64,000 bases of DNA. Origin: the human T2T-CHM13v2.0 reference genome, Homo sapiens. This document shows, piece by piece, positions 38,303-54,730 of the stretch (its first letter is position 1; each line of letters starts with the position of its first letter). The stretch is taken from the NCBI RefSeq assembly GCF_009914755.1, contig NC_060941.1. One strand, given 5' to 3'. The translations under genes and the position numbers were made by a program. The notes under the pieces are model-generated. The model worked only from the letters and a program-made list of their open reading frames with translations. It was not told the origin of the DNA and did not search any database.

Positions 38303-38616
38303 TAAGGCTGAGACCTACTGGGATGCATTCCCAGGAGGTCAGACATTCTTAATCACAGGATGAGATAGAAGGTCAGAACAAGATACAGTCACAAAGACCC
38401 TGCTGACAAAACAGCTTGCAGTAAAGAAGCCAACCAAAACCTACCAAAACTAAGATGGCAACCCAAGTGACCTCTGGTCATCCTCACTGCTCATTACACA
38501 CTAATTATAATGTATTAGCATGCTAAAAGACACTCCCACCAGTGACATAGTTTACAAATGCCGTGGCAATGTCAGGAAGTTGTCCTATATGGTCTAAAAA
38601 GGGGAGGAACCCTCAG

Positions 38617-38646
38617 TTCCAGGAATTGCTCACCCCTTTCCTGGAA
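38617..38646 (+). promoter_or_regulatory. tandem GAS (STAT) motifs in MER41B
   Basis: TTCCAGGAA (38617-38625) and TTCCTGGAA (38638-38646), both TTC-N3-GAA. Confidence 0.7.
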
Positions 38647-38767
38647 TACTCATGAATAATCCACCCCTTGTTTTGCATATAATCAGGAAATGACCATAAA
38701 AGTGGACAGCCAGCAGCTCTTGGGGTTGCTCTGCATATGGAGTAGCCATTCTTTTATTCCTTTCCTT

Positions 38768-39663
<896 letters not shown>

Positions 39664-39946
39664 TATTCCTTTACTTTCTTAATAAACTTGCTTTCACTTT
39701 ACTCTATGGACTTGCCCCAAATTCTTTCTTGCTCGAGGTCCAAGAACTCTCTCTTGGAGTCTGGATCAGGACCCCTTTCCAGTAACACTGTCATGATGAA
39801 GTGTGTGACACATTGTCAAGTGAAAAGAACAGGTTCTAAAATATTGATCTAATGTTGTTTAAAGATGTGTAGAAAAACTATAAGATTTTTTTTCCAAGGG
39901 TAACCTGTCAGTAGATCAATTGTTGAAATGACAATTATCAGTACCA

Positions 39947-39947
<1 letters not shown>

Positions 39948-39977
<30 letters not shown>
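39948..39977. repeat. (TTA)n microsatellite
   Basis: about 10 TTA units. Confidence 0.9.
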
Positions 39978-39982
<5 letters not shown>

Positions 39983-40241
39983 TGTCTGTAGGCATTCAGG
40001 AGATAGCACAGAGGTCCTGCCCAATAATCCAGAAATCTCTTCATATTTTTACTGATTGTCATAATTACTGCTGTTTTGCATTTTATTATGATGGTTTTTT
40101 AAAAAGTTTCCTATAATAGATGAAGACTAGTGTATATATCTTCATTCTTCACTCTCTACCAGCATATTGTAAATACTTAATATTTTTAACCCTAAAGAAA
40201 ATATGAACGATGCAAAAAAAAAAGTATAAAAAAGTATCTGA

Positions 40242-40512
40242 GGCCAAGTGTCGTGGCTCACCCCTATAACTGCAGCACTTTGGGAGGCTAAGTCCTGTGC
40301 AACGTGGCAAACCCTGTCTCTACTAAAAATACAAAAAAAAAAAAATAGCTGGGGATGGTGGCACATGCCTGTAGTCCCAGCTGCTTGGGAGGCTGAGGTG
40401 AGAGAATCACTTCAGTCTGGGAGATGAAGGTTGCAGTGAGCTGAGATAATGCTACTGCACCCCAGTCTAGGCAACAGAGAAGACTCTGTCTTAAGAAAAA
40501 AAAGAAAAAGAA
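40242..40512 (+). mobile_element. Alu with an internal deletion in the left arm
   Basis: ggaggctaag|tcctgtgcaac junction. Confidence 0.8.
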
Positions 40513-40747
40513 AGCATCCGGAAAATAACACTAACATTAGCTTGTCTTTGGACAATTCGATTATGATTGAGTTTTCTTTTGCTTCTCTGTATTTCATCAT
40601 TTTTCTATAATAAACATTTACAGATTGAACATGAGATAAGTAATTTTTAACCAAAAATGAACAAATTAACAGAATTAAAAGGCAAACAACAAACTAGGAA
40701 AAATAAATGCAATATAGTATATGTAATTGACAAAGGATTATGATTCA

Positions 40748-41030
40748 TGACAGTTAATTTTACATGTCAACTTGACAGGGCCATGGAATGCTCAGATTAA
40801 ACATTTCTGGGTGTGTCTGTGAGGGTCTTTCTGGGTAAGATTAGCATTCAAATTAGTGGACTTGGTAAAGCAGATTTCCCTCCCCTGCATTGATGGGAAT
40901 CATCTCATCCTGGCCTGAATAGAACAAATGACAGAGGAAAAAGATAGGTTAAAAGATTAGTTTGGATCCTCTAGTAGAAGATCTCTCTCTCTTTCTTTCT
41001 CTCTCTCTCTCTCTCTGTCTCTCTATATAT
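40748..41030 (+). mobile_element. MLT2 (ERVL) LTR fragment
   Basis: gttaattttacatgtcaacttgac...tttctgggtgtgtctgtgagg; (CT)n(AT)n near the end. Confidence 0.65.
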
Positions 41031-41039
41031 AGACCCCCT

Positions 41040-42930
41040 CAATGGTGGGGGTGTTGGAGAGCCCCAGTGGCCCAGAGCAGACTGTCAGATCCCAAACAGG
41101 GTGAAAACGGCATCCACAGAGAACTGGCCCACATGGGGTGCTAGAGGCAGAGCAGGGCGAGGAGGGGGCCAGTAGAGGAGGCCAGTGCAGCATGGGTGTG
41201 GGAGCCCACATAGAGTAAGGAGGATGTTCCCCCAAAGGGTGCCTGGTGCAAGAAGTCAGGCTTGAGAGGGTTGGGGTGGGGAGACACGCTAGCAGGGCAG
41301 GGAGGGCATCCACATGGGGGCAGTCCAGCATATGGTATCAGATCCCAAGCATAGCAAGGGGCATTTCCATGCAGGGATGGGTCAGGGAGAAGCCCAGCAT
41401 GGGAGCTCAGTGTCTGAGTGGGGTGAGGAGCATGCTAGGCAGTGGGAGGTGTGGCTAAACATGGGATGCTGGAGCCTGGTGGGGTGAGGAGAGCGCCCAT
41501 CCCAGTGGCCCAGTGAGTGATGTTGAAACACAGGTGAGGGGAAGAGAGTGTCTATGTAGGGAGGGGTCACTGGCACCTTGACACAAGATTTTAGAGCCCA
41601 AGAAGAGTGAAGGGGAAGGAGGCAGCACTGGTGATGGAAGAGTGACTACAAACAGGAGACTTGATCAAATAAAGATAACAGGAACCTGATTACCCTCTAA
41701 CAGTGAAGACAGAGAAGGGAGTTACAAATATGGAAGAAAGAAAATGTTAATAAGTCCGGGGGCACTGGATTGAAATGAGAGGTATTAGTGTGAATTCATG
41801 ATTTTTCAATACACATGTTGATATATAAATATAAGTGTGTATATGTATATAACATATAAATACATAGTTCCTAGCTCTGGACTGGGAGCAGTAACGCCCT
41901 AAGAACAATGAGCACATGTAATGCCCAGATTTTGGCTTCTACATACCATTCCCCAAAAAAGCAACCAGATCTCCCTGGGAAAGTGGCTGATTCTAAGACT
42001 TGCGGGGAGAGTACAAGATGAGCCTGAAAGCGAAAGAAAGTGCTCTAAGAATGAGAAATATGTCAACAGGGCGTAGCATTCACCTTCAAGGGCCCCTGCT
42101 AGCGAAATCTGTGGCAATTTAAGCATCAAAATAAATAATGAGCGCAACAGATTATAATTCATTAGATAAAATAACAAACTATGCATTTGTATGAATAGAA
42201 ATGAATACATTGAAAGCCACTTGATAGGATGCAATAAGAACATGTTAGCACATTTGTGGTATCACTGCCAAAGATACATAACTGAATCCCGTCATGAAGG
42301 AACAACACACAAACCCAAAGTGAGGCACATGCTGCAAAATAGCTGGTCTATAATCTTCAAAAGCATCAAGGTAATGTTACCAAAACACTGGGCATTTGGT
42401 CTAGGTCCTGCTCCTCGTGGCACAGAAAGGCAATCACTGAGACACTAAGTATTGCCAAGGAAGAAGGCTTTATCGGGTGCTGCAGCAGAGGAGATGGGAG
42501 CTCAGCCTCAAATCTATCTCCCTGATTGACTAAAACTAGGGGTTTATACAGCAGGGAAGAAATGTAACAATGTATAAGAAAACAAGAACTAGGAAGGGCC
42601 AAGGAGGTATCTGGTGGTGATCAGGTGAGTTTCAGTTCTTTGATCCTTTTCTTGAGAGGCCTAAAGGTCCTTTCCTGAGGAAGGAAGTTGGATAAAACAG
42701 ATACAAATTTCAAGCTGTAACAGCAGAAGGGTCAATTTCTATATTTATCCAAAAACAACTGTCTATGGGCCTACTGGGCAAGTTTCAGTAATATGAGTTT
42801 TGTCAAGACTGAGGAACTGGTTCAGACTGGAGTAGACTGAGGTTGGTCCTGAAGTGGATCCTTCTACTATAAAGAATATTTTGAGAACAGGAGGTCAAGC
42901 TTAAATAAAGTCTGAGGATTTGATGGAAGC
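41040..42930 (+). mobile_element. L1MC-like 3'UTR region, GC-rich then AT-rich
   Basis: gagaaagtgctc..., aaacccaaagtgaggcacatgctgcaaaatagctggtc, atcttcaaaa...tcaagg motifs. Confidence 0.55.
42375..42787 (-). mobile_element. MER4-family solo LTR (short or deleted)
   Basis: tgttacc...gtttca termini; perfect 4-bp TSD GTAA (42371-42374, 42788-42791). Confidence 0.8.
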
Positions 42931-42932
42931 AG

Positions 42933-43710
42933 TGTATTACTCAAGCTATCATAGCTGAATAACAGACCACTTAGTGAAATTTAGCACCAGACATTTGTGG
43001 GTCAGGAATTCAGAAAGGGCTCAACAGGGACAGTTTGTCTTTGCCCCAGGAGGTCTGGGGCCTCATCTGAGAAAACTTGAGCCTGGGGGTAATTCTATGG
43101 CTAGGGTCTCTGGAACCATCTAAAGTCTTGCTCACTCACCAGATGCCTCCTTGGCCCTCCCTACTTCTTATTTTCTTACACATTGTTACATTTCTTCTCT
43201 GCTATATAAACCTCTAGTTTTAGTCAGTCAGGGAGATGGATTTGAGGCTGAGCTCCCATCTCCTCTGCCGCAGCACCTGATTAAAGCCTTCTACCTTGGC
43301 AATACTTGGTGTCTCAGTGATTGGCTTTCTGTGTGACAAACTCACATGCCTGGTGCCTGGGTTGGGAAAACTCCAAGACCAAGACTGCTGACAGGGGCAC
43401 CTACAGGTGTCCTCTCCATATATCCAGCTTCCTCACAACATGGTGGCCTCAGTCAGATTTCTTACATGGAGGCTGTGGGCTCCAAGAACAAATATTCCAG
43501 CAAACAAGGCAGAAGTTGCATCACCTTTCCTGTCTTGGCCATTGAAGCCACCTTCTGTTGGTTACAAGCAAGTCAAAAACCTGCCCAAATTAAAGAGGAA
43601 GGAGATATAGACCCTCATCTCTCTATGGAGGAGTGTTGAGGTCACGTTGAAAAAGAATATGTGAGGTTTAACATACTGCTGCAGCTGTCTTTGGAAACTA
43701 CAATCTGTCA
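42933..43710 (-). mobile_element. MLT1 (MaLR) LTR containing an inserted MER4 segment
   Basis: tgtgggtcaggaattcagaaagggctca, gcttcctcacaacatggtggcctcag motifs. Confidence 0.65.
43137..43333 (+). repeat. inverted copy of MER4 segment 42421-42616
   Basis: about 15 substitutions and 1 indel in about 197 nt by eye; no LTR termini. Confidence 0.85.
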
Positions 43711-43778
43711 CAAATATCAATGTTCATTTCCTGATTTTGCCAGTAGGACTGTGGCAATGTAGGAAACATACAGTGAAG

Positions 43779-44071
<293 letters not shown>

Positions 44072-44584
44072 CTTTCTTTAATAGTGCAGTATTTGGAGGC
44101 AGGGTGGTATGGTACATCAGATCTCAAGTGGTTCAGGAAATAAAAGACTTTACCCTGTATTCACAACTTTTCTGTAAATTTGAGATGGCTTCAAAATACA
44201 AAATACATACTAAAAGTTTAGTAGGAAAAAGATGGACATTCTGATAGAAATAGATGGATGCTTGAATAGACAAATCACAAAAGAATAAGAACAAGTAACT
44301 GATGTTTAATTAAAACGTTCAGTTATAGTTATCAAACAAAGGCAAATTTAAAATAGCAAGAATATGTCATTTTGCATAAATGTTTAAATGATAATACAAA
44401 ATATTGGTGAAAGTGAAGGAAGGGCATTACCCTTCGGGAAAGAAATTCAGCAATGTATGTAATTCCCCAAGAAATTAAATGATCATTTGTGACGACATTC
44501 CAAATGGCTCCATGAAACATCACATGACACATGTGCCATAATTACTTCACCCAATGCCTTAATATTGACTATTTAGTTTCTTTA

Positions 44585-44952
<368 letters not shown>

Positions 44953-45539
44953 TCACACTCATCTAGAAGAGGAATTATTAAAAACTAATCCCCTGGGGGA
45001 CCTTGAGGCACTTCTGTCTTGTTACTGAGTCTGTTTTAATGTAAAATGTGTAAAATGTGTTTTAACATTTTTACATTTTAACAAAATTCCGTACTGGTCT
45101 GTTCCCCACCAGGGCTGCCCCTCTCCTCTGCCTGGCCTCCAGAAGAGTAAGTATCACAGACCCAGATGTCCGTGGCCCACAGTCCAGCCCAGCCTGGGAA
45201 CAGAGCCTCTCAATTATAGGCTGAGCACCTTAAATGACTGGCTCCTCAAGAGTCTGACTAACACTTGGAGAGGCAGAAAACAAGCTGTGTCAAGCGGCAG
45301 GAGCAGCAGGGCTTACATGGGTGCTACCTCCCCAGCCTCCCTGGAGGGGCTGATTTGGGTCACTTAGCTACATTGCAGGATGATCCTCACCCACTCCACT
45401 GGCACATGAGTCTTCCTGAGTCAGGGGCACCATTCTCTCAGGCCTTTTCTCTTTCCACAGGGCAGTCCTGCAGGCTGCAAGGGCTCCATGAGTACCTCGT
45501 GCCGTGAGCTCACGCCACCACATCAAAAACCTCACAGTG

Positions 45540-45858
<319 letters not shown>

Positions 45859-46136
45859 CTACTCTCCTTCAAATGCATCCCTCCCTGGAGCCTTTTGGGG
45901 CCTGCATGTCCAGGTCCCAGTCACTGCCCACCTCCCTGATTCCCTGGTGCAGCTGCCAACCACTTCCCAGCCCCCTGGCTGACTCCACTTATACTCTCTA
46001 TCCCAGCTCCTACCCTAGCCTTCTCCAGGGACTTTGGTATTTGTAATACATGAAATTGACAAAGGAGTAGCTCCCAGAATATATAAAGAACTCCAACAAA
46101 TCAAAAAGAAAAGGATACATTGATTTTAAAATGAGT

Positions 46137-46294
46137 AACCAGGTGTGGTGGTGTAAGCCTGTAATCCCAGCTACTCAGGAGGCTGACACGGTAGAATCAC
46201 TCGAAGCCAGGAGGTGGAGTTTGCAGTGAGCCGAGATCGCACCACTGCCCTCCAGTCTGGGCGACAGAGCAAGACTCTATCTCAAAAAAAAAAA
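46137..46294 (+). mobile_element. Alu right arm only, within an old L1M 3' region
   Basis: starts at accaggtgtggtgg; poly-A tail. Confidence 0.8.
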
Positions 46295-46619
46295 ATTGAA
46301 ATGAGAAAATAATATGAACTGCAGGGCAAAGAATATGAAATGTAGACCATAGAAGAGGAAGCCCAATAAATGTCAATAAGCACATGAAAGGTTAACTTCA
46401 CCTGCGAAATGAAATTTTAAACAACACTGAGACACCATTTCACACCCACCAGCTTGGCAAACATGTTTTAATTTGACAATACCAAGCACCAGGCGAGGAT
46501 TATGGAAAGACAGAAACTTTTATACACAGATGACAGTACTATAAATTGGAACATCTCTTTTGGAAGCAATTTGGCATTATTTCATAAAGTTTAAAATGTG
46601 CGGGGGCAATGACCCAAGT

Positions 46620-47236
46620 GCAGTGAATTAAAGGTGAATATAAATTCTTTGCCACTCATCCCAGTGACAGGTGGAGTCTATTTTGATTCTCCTCGAATCT
46701 GGGCTGGACTGTAACTTCTTCTGACCAAAAGAATGCAACAGAAGTAATGTTGTGTCACTGAGTCTCTCCCTCTTTAATTCTAGGATAATCCTAGGTTGGG
46801 AGCTAATAATTTCAGCTATTATAAGATGAATGATTAATTGCCTAAAATTGAAACAGCTCCTAGGAGAAGATTTTATGCCAGGATTGTTTAGAATTTGTAC
46901 TCTCTCGTGGGCCAAGATGCCCATCTAGTTCTCTGAATGAAAGCTTTCAGGAGCTGTAATTTCAAGGCCAAGCCCTAAGAGATCTGCAGCCTCCCCCTTT
47001 GTGTTTAAATGTTCCTTCTTTTTGGAACTCGACATCATGCTGTGAGGAAGTCCAAGCTCCCTTCTGTGGAAAGACCACAGAGAGGAGCACTGAGGCACCA
47101 ACCCTGCGAGGGAGGCCATTCTGGAACTTCCAGCTGTCCCAGTGCTCCAGCTGACACCATGTGCAACAGAAGACCCATCCACAGTAATGAATTATGATCA
47201 CTGTGAGCTATAGGTTTTGAGGTGATTTGTTATACA
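46620..47236 (+). mobile_element. MLT1 (MaLR) LTR
   Basis: gaatctgggctggactgtaact...gaccaaaagaatgcaacagaagt; ends ttgttatacagcaataggtaactgaaaca. Confidence 0.7.
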
Positions 47237-47923
47237 GCAATAGGTAACTGAAACACAGAAATTCTTCTCCTAGGTGTACACTCTAAAAAAACTCCCTCCC
47301 ATGGGCACAATGACACAGGCATATATATTTTTACTGAAGCATCGACTGTGATCGCAAAAATTAGAAACAAGCAAATGTCCATCAATAGGAACATGGGTAA
47401 ATAAATTGTGGAATTGTCATGTGATGGAATACTATGTAGCTCTTAAAATTAATTAATCAGAGCTACATAGTCAGCAAGTGTAGAGCTCAATAACAAAATA
47501 TTGCATGAAAAAATGAGAGTGCACATGATACCTTTTATGAAAAAGTTAAACTCATGCAAAACAATGCCATGTGTTGTTTATGGGTGCACGCATACATTTA
47601 AAGTACAAACGTGCAGAATGAGAAACAACAAATTCAGGATACCAGTCTCCTGTGGAGCGGGCAGGAGGATGGGGGTGAATGACACTAGGGAGGGCTTATG
47701 GAGAGCTTTAAGTGTGTCTGTGAGGTTATGTTCCTTCTATTTAAGATATGAAATAAATATGGTAAAGTGCCGAAATTTGGCAGAGCTAGGAAGTGCTTGA
47801 TATTCTGATGCTAAAAAGACTTCATTTTATGAAAAGAAAGAGAGACAAAAAGAGAGGAGGAAGGAAGGAAGGAAGGAAAGAAGGAAGGGAGGAAGGGAGG
47901 GAGGAAGAAAGAAAAGAGCATGG

Positions 47924-48437
<514 letters not shown>

Positions 48438-48608
48438 TCACACAGCTCATAATGGCGGGTCCTGGAGCCTCATTTTCATCACAGTGTGTGTCCACTGCAT
48501 TCTATACTTCCATCAGTCCCACAGGGAGGCAGCTCCACTCAGAACACACTGTTTGATGCAAAGTCTGGGGGGTGGATAAGGTTCAAGGTCTTCAACCTAA
48601 GTACTTTC

Positions 48609-49309
48609 TGTGATCTGATGTTTGTGTCTCCCCAAAATTTGTTGAAATGCTGACTCCCTAGATGATGGTATTAGGAGGGGGAGCCTCTAGAAGGTGATTA
48701 GGTCATGAGATGAGAGTCCTCATAAAGGGGATGTGTTAGTCCATTTTGTGTTGCTATAAAGGAAGACCTGAGGCTGGGTAATTTTCAAAGAAAACAGGTT
48801 TATTTGGGTCGCAGCTCTGCAGGCTGTACAAGCATGGCACCAACACCACTCAGCTCCTGGTGAGGCCTCAGGAAGCTTTTTCTCATGGAGGAAGGTGGAG
48901 GGGGAGCAGGTGTGTCACATGGCAAGAGAAAGGGCAAGGGGGTGGGGGGAGAGAGAGAGAGAGAGGAGAAGAAGGTGCCAGGCTCCTTTAAATAACGAGT
49001 TCTCGTGTGAACAGTGGGAACTCATTCATCACCAAGGAGAGGGCACCAAGCCATTCATGAGGGAATGACCCAAACACCTTCCCTGAGCCCCCACCTCCAA
49101 CACTAGCTTTCACATTTCAACATGCGATTTGCAGTAGAAAAACATCCAAATTATATCAAGAGACCCCTCACCCCTTCCACCATGTGAGAACACAGCTAAA
49201 AGTTGCCATCTATGAAATAGGCGCCAGGTCTTAAACTCCCTAGCCTCCAGAACTGTGAGAAATAAATTTTTGTTGTTTGTAAGCTCCCCAACCCTACTGG
49301 ACTAAAACA
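48609..49309 (+). mobile_element. MLT1A/MST-type LTR with a nested antisense MST LTR (48732-49158)
   Basis: gtttgtgtctccccaaaat...cctccagaactgtgagaaataaa; nested tgtgttagtccattttgtgttgctataaagg...tatatca. Confidence 0.75.
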
Positions 49310-50349
49310 GTGCTTTTACGTGCTATTCATATTTATGCTCTGGGGGAAGCCAGGGCACCCGGAGGGAGATGTGCTAGTCCTCCCAGGACAGGGCCGCTCA
49401 GTGGAGCAGGGGTTGGCGGCCCTTCCACTCTCCCCTCTCCCCTCTCCGTATCCTGGAACCAGGAACAGCAGCCAAAATCGTTAAGGCAGCGGTTCTCCAA
49501 GGCTCCCTAGGAGAGGGGTCAGTGTGGAACAAAATCTGATCCTTTCTGTTGTTCTTTTGGAAATGGGCTGTTACGGGGTGGGTGGACTACAGGGACTCCC
49601 ATCTGCCCCAGTGAGCTCCACCAAGACTCCTTAAGAACTGCGCTTTGAGAAACTTGGAAACTGTCCAAAGACACCAATTTCCCTCATTTCCTCCCTCCCT
49701 CTGCTCTTCGCCTGCCCCCTTGCCTCTCCCAGACCGTTTCATCCCAGAGCCTTCCCAAGTTTCCAGAAGCCCTTTCTTCTTTCTTCTGTTTGTTTGGGGA
49801 GTGGCTCTCTCAGGCTTGTTCACCCAACAGCCCAGTGAGTCCCTGAAGAGGCTGGCACAGCCATCTCCCCATTTTCCCTGCAGGTTTGGAAGAGCAGCCT
49901 CGAAGACCGAGGAAGAACATGGACTCTGGAGTCTGTTACTGCCAGTTTTGGTTCTAGTACGTTAAACTCCTGAGCCTCAGGGTCTACATCTGCAAACTGA
50001 GGTGACAATGCTGGACTTCTCTAAGAGATGACCTGGAGGACCAAACTTATCTCCTGCCAGTGTTTCTCAGCGAGGGTGCTGGTGGTGTCTGAGGCAGGCT
50101 GTGTCTTCGTTATGAAGGAGTATCCCACATGTTACGGGGTATTTAACATCCCTGGCCCCACTCGCTCACACTCAGCAGTGCCCTCAGTCACTGGGACATC
50201 CTGGATACCCCAGGCATTTCTAAGTACCCCCTGAGCCAGCAGTCTCCCAATCGAGAAACTAAACTCCTCGAAGGCAGGGACCACGTCTTTGTGTTGCCAA
50301 AGCCAGGTGCCCAGTAGGGGCTCAATATGAGTTTGTTCCTGTCATGGAC

Positions 50350-50686
<337 letters not shown>

Positions 50687-50749
50687 TTAAAAATCCCTGC
50701 TGAGGCAACTGTGTGATCAGGACACACTCATGCACACACCGTACAGCAC

Positions 50750-51100
50750 TCAAAGTCCTTGCCCCGGTGGCTCCCAGGCTGCGACTGCAAAGAGCAGCAG
50801 GGCCCAGCAGCAGCCAGGGGTGACAGACTGTACCACCTTATAAGTCCCGGAGCTCAGCGCAGCAGGCTTGGCCAACCAAGCCCTGCAGTGGGGCGAGGTG
50901 TCAGGCAGGATGTGTCAGAACCCAGGGTGAACCACAGAGCCTTCAGGGCAGAGTGACGTGACACTTCCAGTCAGACCAGCCTGACTGTAGGCGCTAAGGG
51001 CCTGCTCTTCCCCAGCCATCCAGCCAGTCTGTGTGCCCCTGGCTCAGCTTTACCCAAGAAGAACACGGACTCCTTGAGGGCTCTCCCAGCTTCTGGGAAT
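50750..51100. promoter_or_regulatory. candidate promoter/enhancer in unique sequence
   Basis: cttataag (50837-50844), TGACGTGA (50954-50961) next to cacttcc (ETS), TTCTGGGAA (51091-51099); some retained CpGs; motif evidence only. Confidence 0.3.
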
Positions 51101-51171
51101 GCCCTTAACACAGGCACTGGTCTCTTGGGCATGGTGCGGCACCCCTCTGAGCCTGCTTCCCGATCTTGTCA

Positions 51172-51564
<393 letters not shown>

Positions 51565-51973
51565 TCAGTCCTGGCTTGGGTATTTTACTAGCCACAGGAT
51601 TTGGGGTGAATTTGAACACCCATTTAGTTGTCAAATCATCAGAATAACGGTCGCTGACTTTCCTACTTCGTAGGAGCTGTTGTCACAACCAAATGAGCTA
51701 ATAAGCCCAGTGGAAATATTTGTGTAGACTCCAAAGCCAACACACCCTCCCATCTTCCCCACCCCGCCTCTGGCCTGATGGTCCTGGAGAGAAGCAAGGC
51801 TTCCAATCCCTTCCTAGTCAGCCCCTCTGTGGGGACAGCTCCCTGACTTCCAGTGACTCTCTTTTGGAATTGCACATTTATTCATTCACTTATTCAGTAA
51901 TCTGATTTCCTTCAACAAGAGGCTTTTTCTCTTGGCTGCAAAATCCATTTTTTCTTTCCTTTCACTGTGTCAT

Positions 51974-52299
<326 letters not shown>

Positions 52300-52715
52300 C
52301 ACTAGGTAATTCTTGACATTTTTCTCTGTTTTGCATGTTTTCTGTCCCTGAGAGTGGGAGACTTTGCCTGGCCCTCTCTTAGGGCTCAGCAAGCATTCTG
52401 GGCAGGGCAGGGACCTGTGCAAATGTATTGCTCTGGCCGGAGGCCAAAGGGACGGAGAAAAACTCCTTGCTCTCCACAACACCTTGCTCTCCAGCTTATT
52501 GTCTTGCTATAAGTGCAAATAAAAATCTAACTGGACATTATTGCATTGGCTGTTGTTGTTCTGGTAGATGTTCCACTTGCCTGTGAAACCGGGAACCCTC
52601 ATTGGGTGAGAAACCTCACAGTAATATGACTTATAGTCATGGAAATATATAGGGAAAATGTATACATAATAAAGTTATATTGATATATGTGTATGTGTAT
52701 ATATAGACAGAGATA

Positions 52716-53651
52716 TAGTCAATTCTCGTTATTCACAGATTCCATATTTTCAAATTTGCCTACCTGCTAGAATTTATTTACAACCCTCGAATCGATGCTT
52801 GCGGCACTTTCACAGTCATTCGTGGACATGTGAAGAGAGGCAAAATATTTGAGTCACGCGCCACAGACATTACCAGCTGAGTTTGAACAAGGTGACACCA
52901 TCTTCTCATCTCAGCTTTCATACTGCAAGCAAGTGACCTTTTCACAGTCAATTTAGTGACACGATTTCTGCATTTTTGTGCCTTTTGCTGGTGACCCCCA
53001 AGCCTGGTGCTGAAGTGCTGTCTAGCATTCCTGAGCACAGGAAGACACTGACGTTCCTTACAAAGAAAAATGCATGAGTGAGATCTGCTCCATTCAGTCA
53101 TGGGGTATACTGCTGTAGCCCGTGAGTTCAATGCTAATGAATCAACAATATATATTGCTATAAGGTGTCTCTAAACAGAAACATGCAGCTGGGCACAGTG
53201 GCTCATGCCTGTAATCCCAGCACTTTGGGAGGCCGAGGCAGGGGGATCACTTGGGGTCAGGAGTTCAAGACCAGCCTGGCCAACATGACAAAACCTCATC
53301 TCTACTAAAAATACAAAAATTAGCCAGGAACGGTGGTGTACACCTGTAGCTCCAGCTACTCAGGAGGCTGAAGCATGAGAATTGTGCTTGAACCCTGGGA
53401 GACCAAGGTTGCAGTGAGCCGAGATGGCGTCACTGCACTGCAGCCTGGGTGACAGAGCGAGATTCTGTCTCAAACAACAACAACAACAAACAAAACAAAA
53501 CTGGAAACATGCAGAAAACAATGTTATCTGTTGACCAGTTGATGAAAATGTTGTGACCAGAGGCTTGTGGGACCTAAGCCTGTATTTCCCCCTAGGAGCA
53601 ATACTTCAGTATTTGTTAATTCAATGTTTGAGATGACTTTATACAACATAT
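52716..53651 (+). mobile_element. MER82-like TcMar-Tigger element, split by an Alu (53187-53500)
   Basis: agtcaattctcgttattcacagattccatatttt...gtgctgaagtgctgtctagcattcc...tgtatttccccctaggagcaat; Alu TSD gaaacatgca. Confidence 0.75.
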
Positions 53652-54730
53652 AGATCCCCTTCTATATTTGAGGAATTCCCCCCGCTCTGGGTCTTGGAGA
53701 GGCAAGGAGCTACCCTTCACTCTAGAGTCAGGGCAGGCCAGGGGGAGCCGGGCCCTGTCAATCAGACCAAGTCACACTCAGAGCTAGTGCCACACAGAAG
53801 GGAGGAGTTTGAGAGATTATCTGAAGCATCTCTGGTGGTGGAGATGGTGACTGCAGCACCAGGCCATTCTCTGGGGCCAGTGCTAGCAGGGTTGGAGGTG
53901 CAAGCCGGTGCAAGCTGTGGTGCTCATCGGGTCCTATACCTGCTCTGAGGGGGCTGCCAGGCACTGTTGCTGGGTGCATAGCCTGAAACCTGGTTCCCCA
54001 GTTCTCTAGTCATCCTTGGGTGACCCAATATCCTTCTAATTAAGTCTTTCTGTGTCTAAATTAGTTAGAGTTAGTTCCTACTGTTTGCAACCAAGAACCT
54101 AGTATATGTGTGTGTGCATGCATGTGTAGGTATGTGTGGATTTAGTTGTTATTTTTGTGTTTATTTCTTTACAAGTAAGTAACTGGGGGTTAAGGAGAGT
54201 TGGTGGAGGAGGCTTCACAGAGGAGGAGGTCACTGTGCTGGATCTTGATGGATGGCTGAAGGTTTGCCAGGGAACAAAGAGGAGTGTTATAGGCAGGGTG
54301 GGCAGCAGGTGGAGGAGGCATGGAGGAATGATCTACATGGCACACTCAGGACATTATGAGGCATTCAGGGAGGCTGGGGTTGTGGGAAGGTGAAGATGGC
54401 AGTGGGGCAGCTACAAGTCAATGGCAGTGGCTGGGAGGCAGGTAAGAAGCTGAGGCTCCCATTCTCTCCCCATTGTTCCCTGAGAGTTCTGCTCCACGCC
54501 CTCCCTGCTCTCATCTGCACCCAGCACAACTGCTTTCACCAGCCCCAGATCACATGCAGAGTCAAGCCATATCAATCCATTCTTGAGAGTGGAGAAAGCC
54601 AATTCACCTTCCAGCAGTCCAGAGAGAAGAGGTGTTTTTTATAACAAATTACAGAAGCACCATGTGAGGACATCAGAGGTGAGTTCCTCCAGAGATGCTG
54701 AATGAGAGTGTGACGAACTCAAAGCCAGAC

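Noticed and set aside
41040-41640. G-rich block that looked like unique regulatory or coding sequence
   Set aside because: It runs into recognisable L1MC-like 3'UTR sequence, is CpG-poor and has no credible ORF.
45036-45082. Imperfect AT-rich hairpin (aatgtaaaatgt...acatttttacatt)
   Set aside because: Short and low-complexity; not supportable as a miRNA precursor or MITE.
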